A DNA stretch of 61,198 nt from Clostridia bacterium. Its GTDB lineage: Bacteria > Bacillota > Clostridia > Christensenellales > CAG-138. Positions within the stretch are counted from its first letter, which is position 1. Every line of letters starts with the position of its first letter. The notes under the pieces were generated by a model that worked only from the letters and a program-made list of their open reading frames with translations, did not search any database and was not told where the DNA came from. Positions 38,963-47,075 of the stretch are shown here, one piece after another. The position numbers and the translations under genes were made by a program. The stretch covers positions 1 through 61,198 of the forward strand of contig JAEDJH010000001.1 in assembly GCA_016296415.1 (NCBI GenBank), written 5' to 3'.

Positions 38963-39610
38963 ATGATACGCTTAAGGGAGTTTTTCCATAAAAAATCCAA
39001 ACTGAAGCATTCCAACAGCGGCTCCGTAATGCAATCGAGCGGTGTATTTTTACCATCAAGGGGCGCAAATTTGACACGCTTTACTCCCAGCGGAGATATC
39101 CCCCGCATAAAAGGCTACGTTTCACGGCTCGGGCGATATTCCTATGCAAAGCATTTTACGGGCTACGAAAAGACAAGAATACGCCTCTCCCGTTTTAAGC
39201 CCTCGGGAGCGCAATCGGAAAAGGTGCGTTCAAACCCGTCGGGAACACAGTTTGAAAAATTCTCTGCACGAACCACACCGCAGCCGAATGCCGTAAACCT
39301 TTCAAAGCTGAATAAGTACGGCCCCGCCAACAATCCCGACTCCTCAAGATTTCGCAGTAAAAGTGCAAATCTGCGCCGCTTTCCCTTAGATGGTACGAAC
39401 AGGCGTACAGTATTTAACGCTCCTCCTAAATCGGCAAGCAGATTCATCGGTGCCGATTCAAGGTTCGAGGCAAAAAAGGTGTACCGCCCCGTCAGGCAGG
39501 TAAAAATTGACAAGAAAAAACTCCTGCTTGCGATCTTACTCGTACTGACGGTGATAGGAATTTCCTTTGCAGTCTATTTCATTCTCAAACTCGACCCTAC
39601 CCTCGTTTAA
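38963..39610 (+). CDS. Basic repeat protein with a C-terminal TM anchor, function unknown
   Basis: 215 aa from ATG 38963, 1 nt after the lipoprotein stop. About five degenerate RFxPSG-type repeats. C-terminal KKKLLLAILLVLTVIGISFAVYFIL. Confidence 0.5.
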   Translation: MIRLREFFHKKSKLKHSNSGSVMQSSGVFLPSRGANLTRFTPSGDIPRIKGYVSRLGRYSYAKHFTGYEKTRIRLSRFKPSGAQSEKVRSNPSGTQFEKFSARTTPQPNAVNLSKLNKYGPANNPDSSRFRSKSANLRRFPLDGTNRRTVFNAPPKSASRFIGADSRFEAKKVYRPVRQVKIDKKKLLLAILLVLTVIGISFAVYFILKLDPTLV

Positions 39611-39615
39611 ATGCA

Positions 39616-39641
39616 AAAAGTGCGGTTATTTCCGCACTTTT
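39616..39641. terminator. Bidirectional Rho-independent terminator
   Basis: AAAAGTGCGG-TTATTT-CCGCACTTTT between convergent genes. Confidence 0.8.
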
Positions 39642-39724
39642 GCGATACCGTGTTGGGGGCACGGCATCAGGATGGTTGGGGGGTATGTCATCACCCGAAG
39701 GTGAGCTGACCGCCTTTTCGCAGT

Positions 39725-40993
39725 TTACAAATTAGTATATAAACCGCTTCGCTCGCCGAGAACAACCGTCAATTCCATGACTTGATCGCCTCTTTGTACA
39801 CTTATTATAACCGAATCGCCGGCGTTGTATTCCAAAAGCGCGCTGTTAATTTCGGCTGTAGAATAGTAATTTACATTGTTTATCGTCAAAATTATGTCAT
39901 CAACGAGCAAGCCAGCCGCCTCCGCCGCACCGTTCGGCTCGATTTCGGTAATGCGTGCCCTATATTCGTATCCCGGGAAACCCCCGCCAAAGAAATAGTT
40001 GAACGGATTTTGATTATTTCCGTAGCTCAGCGCAACATCCTGCAACGTGGCGCCCAATGACGGTCTGCCCGTAACGTAGCCTTGGTTTATAAGGTCATTG
40101 ACTATATTTAAGGCAAAGCTTGACGGTATCGCAAAGCCAAGCCCCTCGATGTCGATTGCCATGCTCTTTGCGTTTACAACGCCTATCAGTTCGCCCTTCA
40201 TATTGAAAAGCCCTCCGCCGGAGTTCCCGGGGTTTATCGCCGCATTTGTCTGGATAAGGCTCATCCTATGACCGTCAATAATCACCTCTCTGTTAATACC
40301 GCTGATTATACCGTCCGTTACCGTGCTCATCAGCTCGCCCAAGGGGTTGCCGATAGCAATTACCGACTCCCCTACCCTCGAGTCATTCGAATCTCCGAAC
40401 GTAGCCGCAGTAAGCTCCTGTGCTTCGATTTTTACCACGGCAAGGTCGGTTTTCTCGTCAACCCCTACTAATGCGCCCTCATGAGGCTCATCGTTTCCGC
40501 TCAGATACACACTTATTTTTGAGCTGCCCTCGACAACATGGTAATTGGTTACGATATAGCCGTCGCTTGAAACGATCACACCGCTTCCCGAGCCGGTGTC
40601 GGTGACTATACCCACAACGGAGTCCTCGCATTTTTCCACGAGTTCCGCCATATCCGAATACACCGTGCTGTTGCTGCTTACCACTATCTCCGTCTTATAG
40701 CCGGCAGAAACCTCCTCACCCGACAAAACGCTTGCTGTTGGAGATGCGGATAGGGCGTTTCCATCTTTTGGAAGATTGCCGTCGGGTGCGATGGCGGCAG
40801 GAAGAAAGCATCCGATTATACCGCCCAAAAGCATTACCGCAACGGCAAGAATAACGACCGTCCCCACCCTCACGGTTTTATGGGACTTTCTCTCGGGCGA
40901 TTGTCCGTCAAAACCATATCCATCATGTGAAGTAGTCCCCTCACAATAATCGGCATTGTCGCTTCGTTCGCTTGTATTGTTTTCAAAAACCAT
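39725..40993 (-). CDS. htrA: HtrA/DegP-family serine protease with PDZ domain
   Basis: TM anchor. Catalytic triad contexts TNYHVV, DLAVVKI and GNSGGGLFN. C-terminal PDZ (GLLVDDIILTINN). Confidence 0.9.
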   Translation of the reverse strand: MVFENNTSERSDNADYCEGTTSHDGYGFDGQSPERKSHKTVRVGTVVILAVAVMLLGGIIGCFLPAAIAPDGNLPKDGNALSASPTASVLSGEEVSAGYKTEIVVSSNSTVYSDMAELVEKCEDSVVGIVTDTGSGSGVIVSSDGYIVTNYHVVEGSSKISVYLSGNDEPHEGALVGVDEKTDLAVVKIEAQELTAATFGDSNDSRVGESVIAIGNPLGELMSTVTDGIISGINREVIIDGHRMSLIQTNAAINPGNSGGGLFNMKGELIGVVNAKSMAIDIEGLGFAIPSSFALNIVNDLINQGYVTGRPSLGATLQDVALSYGNNQNPFNYFFGGGFPGYEYRARITEIEPNGAAEAAGLLVDDIILTINNVNYYSTAEINSALLEYNAGDSVIISVQRGDQVMELTVVLGERSGLYTNL

Positions 40994-41094
40994 AATGCAC
41001 CTCGCTATGGAATGATAATACGATTATAAAATATAATGTTGATATTTGTTTAAACAACTTGAGAATTTATATGTACAAAATTGCAAAATGCGTC

Positions 41095-41120
41095 AAAAAA
41101 GCCGCACCTTTCGGCACGGC
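41095..41120 (-). terminator. Rho-independent terminator after tsf
   Basis: Minus strand reads GCCGTGCC-GAAA-GGTGCGGC followed by TTTTTT. Confidence 0.8.
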
Positions 41121-41140
41121 TAAGTGTTTATCGGTCAGGC

Positions 41141-42025
41141 TTATTTGCCCATCTGGCTCATAACTTCCTCAGCGAAGTTGTCCTCACGCTTCTGGAGACC
41201 CTCGCCCATCTCATAGCGGACGAAGCTCTTTACAACGAACATACCGTTAATCATCTGTGCAACGGTCTTATCCTGCTCCTTGACGAAGGGCTGCTCGAGG
41301 AGGCAAACTTCCTTGTAGTACTTCTCTATACGACCCTCGACCATCTTCTCGATGATGTTCATGGGTTTCGGCTTCGGCTCGTTGAGTGCCTGTGCCTTCA
41401 GGATTTCCTTTTCCTTCTCGATCTCGCTCTGATCGACGTCTTCCTTGCTTATGCAGGTGGGCTTTGCAGCAGCGATCTGCATTGCAACGTCGTGCATGAC
41501 AGCCTTATCCGCATTGCCTTCGACCTCGACGATAACGCCGATTTTGCCGCCCATGTGAACATAGGTGTCAACTGCGCCCTCGATGCGTACAAAGCGGCGG
41601 ATACTGATCTTCTCACCTATCTTGGCAACGGCTGCGTTGATGAGACCGCTGATAGTGGTGCTCTCATCGTCAACGAAGTTCTGCTCAAGCAGTTCTTCTA
41701 CGTTTGCGGGGTTTTTCTTTGCAATGTGCTTTGCAATGGTCTGAACGAGGTTTTTGAAATCGTCCGTCTTTGCAACGAAGTCGGTCTCGCAGTTTACCTC
41801 AACAAGAACGCCAACGCCGCAGGTCGGGCAAACGTAAGCATCAACGATACCTTCCGCTGCAATACGGGCTGCCTTCTTTGCGCTTGCTGCAAGGCTCTTC
41901 TCACGAAGATAATCCATCGCTTTATCCATATCGCCGTCGCACTGAAGGAGAGCCTTCTTGCAATCCATCATACCGGCGCCGCTCATCTCACGAAGATTCA
42001 TTACGTCTTTTGCAGTAAATGCCAT
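41141..42025 (-). CDS. tsf: Elongation factor Ts
   Basis: [26 protein letters not shown] (UBA-like N-terminus). Start ATG 42025 follows GGAGG. The ORF-track TTG 42040 lies in the SD. Confidence 0.95.
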   Translation of the reverse strand: MAFTAKDVMNLREMSGAGMMDCKKALLQCDGDMDKAMDYLREKSLAASAKKAARIAAEGIVDAYVCPTCGVGVLVEVNCETDFVAKTDDFKNLVQTIAKHIAKKNPANVEELLEQNFVDDESTTISGLINAAVAKIGEKISIRRFVRIEGAVDTYVHMGGKIGVIVEVEGNADKAVMHDVAMQIAAAKPTCISKEDVDQSEIEKEKEILKAQALNEPKPKPMNIIEKMVEGRIEKYYKEVCLLEQPFVKEQDKTVAQMINGMFVVKSFVRYEMGEGLQKREDNFAEEVMSQMGK

Positions 42026-42054
42026 TGTTGTGACCTCCAAATATTTTAGTTTGA

Positions 42055-42789
42055 TTAAAACTCTTCGAGCTCGGTTTCTTCGGTGGCTGCTTCCGCTGCG
42101 TTCTGCTCGCCCTGCCTGCCCTCGATAACCGCATCTGCAATTTTGCCTGCGATGAGCTTAACTGCACGGATAGCATCATCGTTGCCGGGGATTACGTAGT
42201 CAACTTCATCGGGATCGCAGTTGGTGTCGACGATTGCAACAACGGGAATGTGAAGAGCGATGGCTTCGAGAACGGCAATGCGCTCTTTCCTGGGGTCTAC
42301 TACGAACATGGCTCCGGGAAGCTTCTTCATGTCCTTGATACCGCCGAGGTTCTTCTCAAGCTTTTCCTGCTCAGCCTTGAGCTTGATAACTTCCTTCTTG
42401 GGGAGAAGGTCGAAGTCGCCGTTTTCTTCCATCTGCTCGATCTTGCGAAGCTTTGCAATACGGGTCTGGATGGTCTTGAAGTTGGTAAGCATACCGCCGA
42501 GCCAACGCTGGTTTACATAGTACATACCGCAGCGGATCGCTTCAGACTCGATGGACTCCTGAGCCTGCTTCTTGGTGCCGACAAAAAGAATGGTTTCGTC
42601 GTTTGCGGCAAGCTGCTGAACGAAAGCATAAGCTTCGTCGATCTTCTTAACGGTTTTCTGAAGGTCGATGATGTAGATTCCGTTGCGCTCGGTGAAGATG
42701 TATTCCTTCATCTTCGGGTTCCAACGACGGGTCTGATGACCAAAGTGTACGCCTGCTTCGAGAAGCTGTTTCATAGAAATTACTGACAT
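42055..42789 (-). CDS. rpsB: 30S ribosomal protein S2
   Basis: [27 protein letters not shown]. Start ATG 42789 follows AAGGAGG. The ORF-track 315-aa version extends through the leader and promoter. Confidence 0.95.
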   Translation of the reverse strand: MSVISMKQLLEAGVHFGHQTRRWNPKMKEYIFTERNGIYIIDLQKTVKKIDEAYAFVQQLAANDETILFVGTKKQAQESIESEAIRCGMYYVNQRWLGGMLTNFKTIQTRIAKLRKIEQMEENGDFDLLPKKEVIKLKAEQEKLEKNLGGIKDMKKLPGAMFVVDPRKERIAVLEAIALHIPVVAIVDTNCDPDEVDYVIPGNDDAIRAVKLIAGKIADAVIEGRQGEQNAAEAATEETELEEF

Positions 42790-42891
42790 TATTATATCCT
42801 CCTTGTTTTTTCCACCCCATGCGTCGTCTTTACGGGAAACCCTTTGGGCAACGCCCCGCAAATCGGCATGAGTGCGTAATGTCACTTGTGG

Positions 42892-42920
42892 AGTATAGCA
42901 CAACAAAATCCTGTTTTCAA
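42892..42920 (-). promoter_or_regulatory. rpsB-tsf promoter (sigma-A type)
   Basis: Minus strand reads TTGAAA, 17 nt, TGCTATACT (extended -10). It leaves a leader of about 95 nt. Confidence 0.6.
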
Positions 42921-43011
42921 GCATAAAATCAATATATTTCAGCGAAAACAAAGTTATTTTTGCGCCCCGAACACTCAAGGCCCGGAGCGCATCAAATTTC
43001 ATTTCCGAGGA

Positions 43012-44184
43012 TCATGCCCTGCCCAGCTCTATGACCTCGGTATCCTTTATCGCCTGTTCAATCATCTCCGTAAAGTCCACCGCGGTCTCACTCTTTCGTA
43101 TGTCCTCCACCTCGGGCTTTGTTACGGGATGCTGCGGCACGAAAACGGTACAGCAATCCTCATAAGGCATTATTGACGTTTCAAATGTGCCTATTCGCTT
43201 TGCTATGGCGGTAATTTCTTCCTTGTCAAATCCTATCAGGGGTCTGAACACGGGCATGGATACGGCATCGTCCGTAACGCACAGGCTTTGCAGAGTTTGG
43301 CTTGCCACCTGTCCGAGAGCCTCGCCGGTTATGAGTGCAAGCGAGCCGTCCGCCTTTGCAAGCCTTTCGGCTATTCGCATCATCAGCCGCCGCATTATTA
43401 TCGTGGTTTCCTTGGGAGGGCATTTTTCGTATATTGCAAGCTGAATATCCGTAAACGGAACAAGATGCAGCTTTATCTCACCCGAATGTGTAGAAAGTAT
43501 TCTCGCAAGCTCTATGACCTTATCCCTCGCCCTTTCGCTGGTATAAGGATAGCTGTAAAAATGCACCGCGGAAAGCTCAAGACCCCGCTTTGCCAGCATA
43601 TAGCCCGCAACGGGGCTGTCGATCCCGCCGGAGATAAGCAGTGTACCGCGACCCGCCGTTCCCGTCGGCATACCTCCCGCACCCATGAACTCCTCCGTGT
43701 AGAGCAATGCGTTTTCACGAACCTCCACGCAGATCTTCAGCTCAGGGTCGTGTACATCGACAGAAATGTTATCAAACTCATTCAGGAGGTATCCGCCAAG
43801 TTCACAGCATATTTCCATGGAGGTCATCGGAAATTTTTTGTCTGCACGCCTTGCAAAAACCTTGAATGTGTGCCGCTTGCCGTCCGAAAGCGCATCCTTC
43901 AGCAATTCCTTTGCGGTCGAACAAATGGTCTCCCAATCCTTTGCGACGGACACGGCGGGGCTTATCGAATGAATGCCGAACACCCTCTGAAGGCGCTCAA
44001 TAGCCGAGCTTTTCACATTCTCCGGTATGTTCCACGCATAAATACGCCCCTGCGCATAAATTATCCTGGCTCCGGTTTCACGAAGCGCAAATTTGATACG
44101 TTCCACAAGCTTTCTCTCAAAATACGGACGATTAAGTCCCTTCAGGTGAATTTCGCCGTATCTTACAAGCAGCACATTCTCCAT
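43012..44184 (-). CDS. thiI: tRNA 4-thiouridine synthase ThiI
   Basis: LVRYGEIHLKGLNRPYFE (ferredoxin-like/THUMP N-terminus) and PP-loop LLISGGIDSPVA. Confidence 0.92.
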   Translation of the reverse strand: MENVLLVRYGEIHLKGLNRPYFERKLVERIKFALRETGARIIYAQGRIYAWNIPENVKSSAIERLQRVFGIHSISPAVSVAKDWETICSTAKELLKDALSDGKRHTFKVFARRADKKFPMTSMEICCELGGYLLNEFDNISVDVHDPELKICVEVRENALLYTEEFMGAGGMPTGTAGRGTLLISGGIDSPVAGYMLAKRGLELSAVHFYSYPYTSERARDKVIELARILSTHSGEIKLHLVPFTDIQLAIYEKCPPKETTIIMRRLMMRIAERLAKADGSLALITGEALGQVASQTLQSLCVTDDAVSMPVFRPLIGFDKEEITAIAKRIGTFETSIMPYEDCCTVFVPQHPVTKPEVEDIRKSETAVDFTEMIEQAIKDTEVIELGRA

Positions 44185-44203
44185 TGAATTTCTCCTTTAG
44201 CAG

Positions 44204-45346
44204 TTATCTTCTTTTGTATTTTCTCAAAAATGCGGCGGTCTCCGCAATTATCTCGGACGCCGTATCTATCTCGGCAAGCGTGTTCATCGGGGAAAAGCTG
44301 AACCGTATCGCCCCCTCAAGCCTTTCGCCGGTTATACCCATCGAGCCGAGTATCCTGTTTTTGCCCTTTTTATGCGATGAGCACGCTGAACCCGTCGAAA
44401 CAAGCACTCCCTTTGCTTCGAGCGCATGGAGCATCACCTCGCCTCTCACTCCAAGGAACGAAAGGTTCAGTATATGCGGCGCACCTGCGTCAACCGACGG
44501 CCCGTTAAGCATGACGTCGCCCTGCTTCATCATATTATCATAAAGCCGCTGTTTGCACAAAACCATTTGCTTTCTGTACGCCTGCTCATTTGCAAGGTAT
44601 GTCGTTATTGCGGCATCCATGCCCATTATTCCCGGAACGTTTAGCGTGCCCGAACGCAGACCCGACTCCTGTCCTCCGCCCGTTTGTCCTCCGCCAAAGC
44701 GCACGCCGTTTCCCACATAAAGGGCACCTACCCCTTTCGGTGCATGAAACTTGTGTCCGCTTATGGAATACATATCGCATTGTCCCATATTAACGGGCAC
44801 CTTTAAAAATCCCTGCACCCCGTCAACGTGTAACACGGCATTAGGAGCAAGCTTCTTTATCATACTGCGAATCGCAGGCAGGTCGTTCACGGCGCCAGTT
44901 TCGTTGTTCACCTGCATTATGCTTACAAAATCCGTATCCGCCGTCAGGCAGCCTCCGAATGCGCCCAAATCGACTTTACCCGTTTCGTCAACGCCAACGG
45001 TCACGACCTCATACCCCTTGGCGGAAAGCGCCTGCGCGGTTTCATAAACCGAAGGATGTTCAACGCTGCTGACAATTATTCTGCCCTTCCCCCGCTTTTT
45101 TGAAAGGCATCCGCTTATTGCCATGTTGTTGCTTTCCGTTGCGCCGGAAGTATAAATAACGTTGCCGGAAGCCGCACCCAATGCCCCGCATAATCTGCGT
45201 CTTGCCTCGTTTACCGATTTTTCAGCCGACACCGCAGGCGAGTATGCACTCGAGGGATTGAAATACACCTCGGTCATATACTTCCTTGCGGCATTGGCCG
45301 CCGTATCAAAAGTGCGTGTTGTAGCACTGTTGTCCAAATATATCAC
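44204..45346 (-). CDS. Cysteine desulfurase (NifS/IscS class V aminotransferase)
   Basis: GTG start. IYLDNSATT, PLP-Lys context SGHKFHAPKGVGALYV and active-site loop SSGSACSS. Paired with thiI. Confidence 0.9.
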   Translation of the reverse strand: MIYLDNSATTRTFDTAANAARKYMTEVYFNPSSAYSPAVSAEKSVNEARRRLCGALGAASGNVIYTSGATESNNMAISGCLSKKRGKGRIIVSSVEHPSVYETAQALSAKGYEVVTVGVDETGKVDLGAFGGCLTADTDFVSIMQVNNETGAVNDLPAIRSMIKKLAPNAVLHVDGVQGFLKVPVNMGQCDMYSISGHKFHAPKGVGALYVGNGVRFGGGQTGGGQESGLRSGTLNVPGIMGMDAAITTYLANEQAYRKQMVLCKQRLYDNMMKQGDVMLNGPSVDAGAPHILNLSFLGVRGEVMLHALEAKGVLVSTGSACSSHKKGKNRILGSMGITGERLEGAIRFSFSPMNTLAEIDTASEIIAETAAFLRKYKRR

Positions 45347-45522
45347 TTTTACACCTCATTTTTATTGATAATACGGAAAGATATTGTAAATCCTCCATAT
45401 TATACTATATGCACAGTCTCTTTTTCCGTCAGACAAAGACGTATCTATTATTTTAACATATTTTACTGATTTTTTGTCATTCATTTTTCACAAACTATAC
45501 CCAGGTTGTTATTATTATAATA

Positions 45523-45551
45523 TTTACCGATTTTCCAAATGATGGTATAAT
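45523..45551 (+). promoter_or_regulatory. mcsA-mcsB-clpC promoter candidate
   Basis: TTTACC, 17 nt, TGGTATAAT (extended -10). Confidence 0.5.
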
Positions 45552-45586
45552 ATTATAAGTTTAAATGTCTTATCGGAGGTATGAAT

Positions 45587-46048
45587 ATGCTTTGCGATTC
45601 ATGCAAACAAAACGAAGCGGTTATCCACAGAATAACCGTCATCAACGGGAAGCGCAGCGAACAGCACCTTTGTTCCTCGTGTGCAAAGGATCTGAGCGCC
45701 GTTGTATTTAAACTGCCCACACTTTCGGAGCTTGTGGGTCAAAGCATCGTACCGAAAAGCAATGCCGTTTGTGAATGCGGATGCACTTTGTCCGAGCTGC
45801 TGAAAACGGGGCTTGTGGGATGCGAAAAATGCTACTCGTCCATACGCCATGAGCTTTTGCCGGTGATCAAGGCCGCACAGGGCGGAAAGACCGAGCATAC
45901 CGGAAAGATACCACAGCTTTCAGACGACAGACTTCACAGGCTGCAGGCTTTAAGAAACGAGCTTGCTCAGGCAATAGATAAAGAGGAATATGAACGAGCC
46001 GCCGAGTTGAGAGATAAAATAAGGGCTTTCGACACCGAGAAGGCGTAA
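45587..46048 (+). CDS. mcsA: McsA-like zinc-finger / UVR-motif protein
   Basis: CDSC..CSSC, CECGC and CEKC zinc-finger pairs. C-terminal UVR motif (LRNELAQAIDKEEYERAAELRDKIRAF). ATG 45587 (7 nt from GGAGG) is preferred over ATG 45581. Confidence 0.82.
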   Translation: MLCDSCKQNEAVIHRITVINGKRSEQHLCSSCAKDLSAVVFKLPTLSELVGQSIVPKSNAVCECGCTLSELLKTGLVGCEKCYSSIRHELLPVIKAAQGGKTEHTGKIPQLSDDRLHRLQALRNELAQAIDKEEYERAAELRDKIRAFDTEKA

Positions 46049-46069
46049 TAATTATGAGGCGAACCGAAA

Positions 46070-47053
46070 ATGGAAAATAACAAAGCAATAATTAACTGCA
46101 GCATCCGAATATCAAGAAATATTGCCAAAATGCCGTTCGTCCACAAGCAAAGCGACGAGGCTCGTTCGGAAACCGTGCAAAGGGTCGCCTCCGCATTGCC
46201 GGAGGGCGAATTTGAATTGATAATCGTAAATGACAAAAATAAGCTGAGAATAAGAAGCCTTATCGAGCACGGACTGTGCAGCAGCAACATGACCATGCTA
46301 AAGGGCGGCGCCGTTTTGCTTGCAAAAAATGAACGGGTTTGCATATCCGTAAACGATGTGGATCACATAAGGATACTTGCAAGATGCGGCGGAAGCGGCA
46401 TTGCCGAGGCATATGCCGAGGTCACCGAAATCGACAGCCTGCTCGAAAAGAAGCTCACCTTCTCCTTCGATCCACAGCTTGGTTATCTTTCGCCGAACCC
46501 TTCCTGCATAGGCACGGGTATGACAGCGTCGTTCGTACTGCATCTTGCTGGAATATCCATCGCAAAGCAGACCGATGCGTTTTTGCTGAACGCCGCAAAG
46601 CTCGGATGCCTCGTCCGCCCCGTTTACAGCGACAGCAACGGGCCAATCGGACAGTTTTATTCGCTTTCAAATCAGCATACTCTCGGCATGACCGAAAACG
46701 AAATAATCGGAAGAATGAGCGATATAGCCGCAAAGGTGTCCGAGCAGGAGATGCAGCTTCGCAGCGCAGCCTACGAAAGCAAAACCGACGCCATAACAGA
46801 CCTTGCCATGCGTTCCCTCGGGGTGTGCAAATATGCCTATAAGCTCTCCATGAAGGAGATGCTTCAGCATATTTCAAACATTCTGCTCGGTGAATCGCTC
46901 GGAATTTTGACAATTGACAATGAGCTTGCAAAGCGCATAATCACCGAATGCTCGCCCTGCACGATCGCACTTTGTGCGGAAAATATCGACTCGGCGGACG
47001 CTGAGAACAAGCACAGGGCCGAAAAGCTCAAATCATTGCTGCAGGCAATCTGA
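46070..47053 (+). CDS. mcsB: McsB-like guanidino-kinase-fold protein (catalytic signature degenerate)
   Basis: 327 aa, between mcsA and clpC. SIRISRNIAKMPF, NDVDHIRIL and NPSCIGTGMTASFVLHL align to the McsB/arginine-kinase blocks but with substitutions at key positions. Confidence 0.75.
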   Translation: MENNKAIINCSIRISRNIAKMPFVHKQSDEARSETVQRVASALPEGEFELIIVNDKNKLRIRSLIEHGLCSSNMTMLKGGAVLLAKNERVCISVNDVDHIRILARCGGSGIAEAYAEVTEIDSLLEKKLTFSFDPQLGYLSPNPSCIGTGMTASFVLHLAGISIAKQTDAFLLNAAKLGCLVRPVYSDSNGPIGQFYSLSNQHTLGMTENEIIGRMSDIAAKVSEQEMQLRSAAYESKTDAITDLAMRSLGVCKYAYKLSMKEMLQHISNILLGESLGILTIDNELAKRIITECSPCTIALCAENIDSADAENKHRAEKLKSLLQAI

Positions 47054-47075
47054 CAAACTTTCACGGAGGAAATAA

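Noticed and set aside
39642-39724. Two additional GC-rich hairpins (CCGTG..CACGG; GTCATCACC-CGAA-GGTGAGCTGAC) next to the bidirectional terminator. I considered a small structured RNA.
   Set aside because: The stems are short, there is no flanking promoter, and I recognise no conserved motif. They are most simply part of the convergent-gene terminator region.
42790-43002. N-terminal 71 codons of the 315-aa ORF call for rpsB.
   Set aside because: S2 starts at [19 protein letters not shown] (ATG 42789, after AAGGAGG). The extension covers the promoter and the ~95-nt leader. I looked for a recognisable S2 autoregulatory leader structure but cannot support one by eye.
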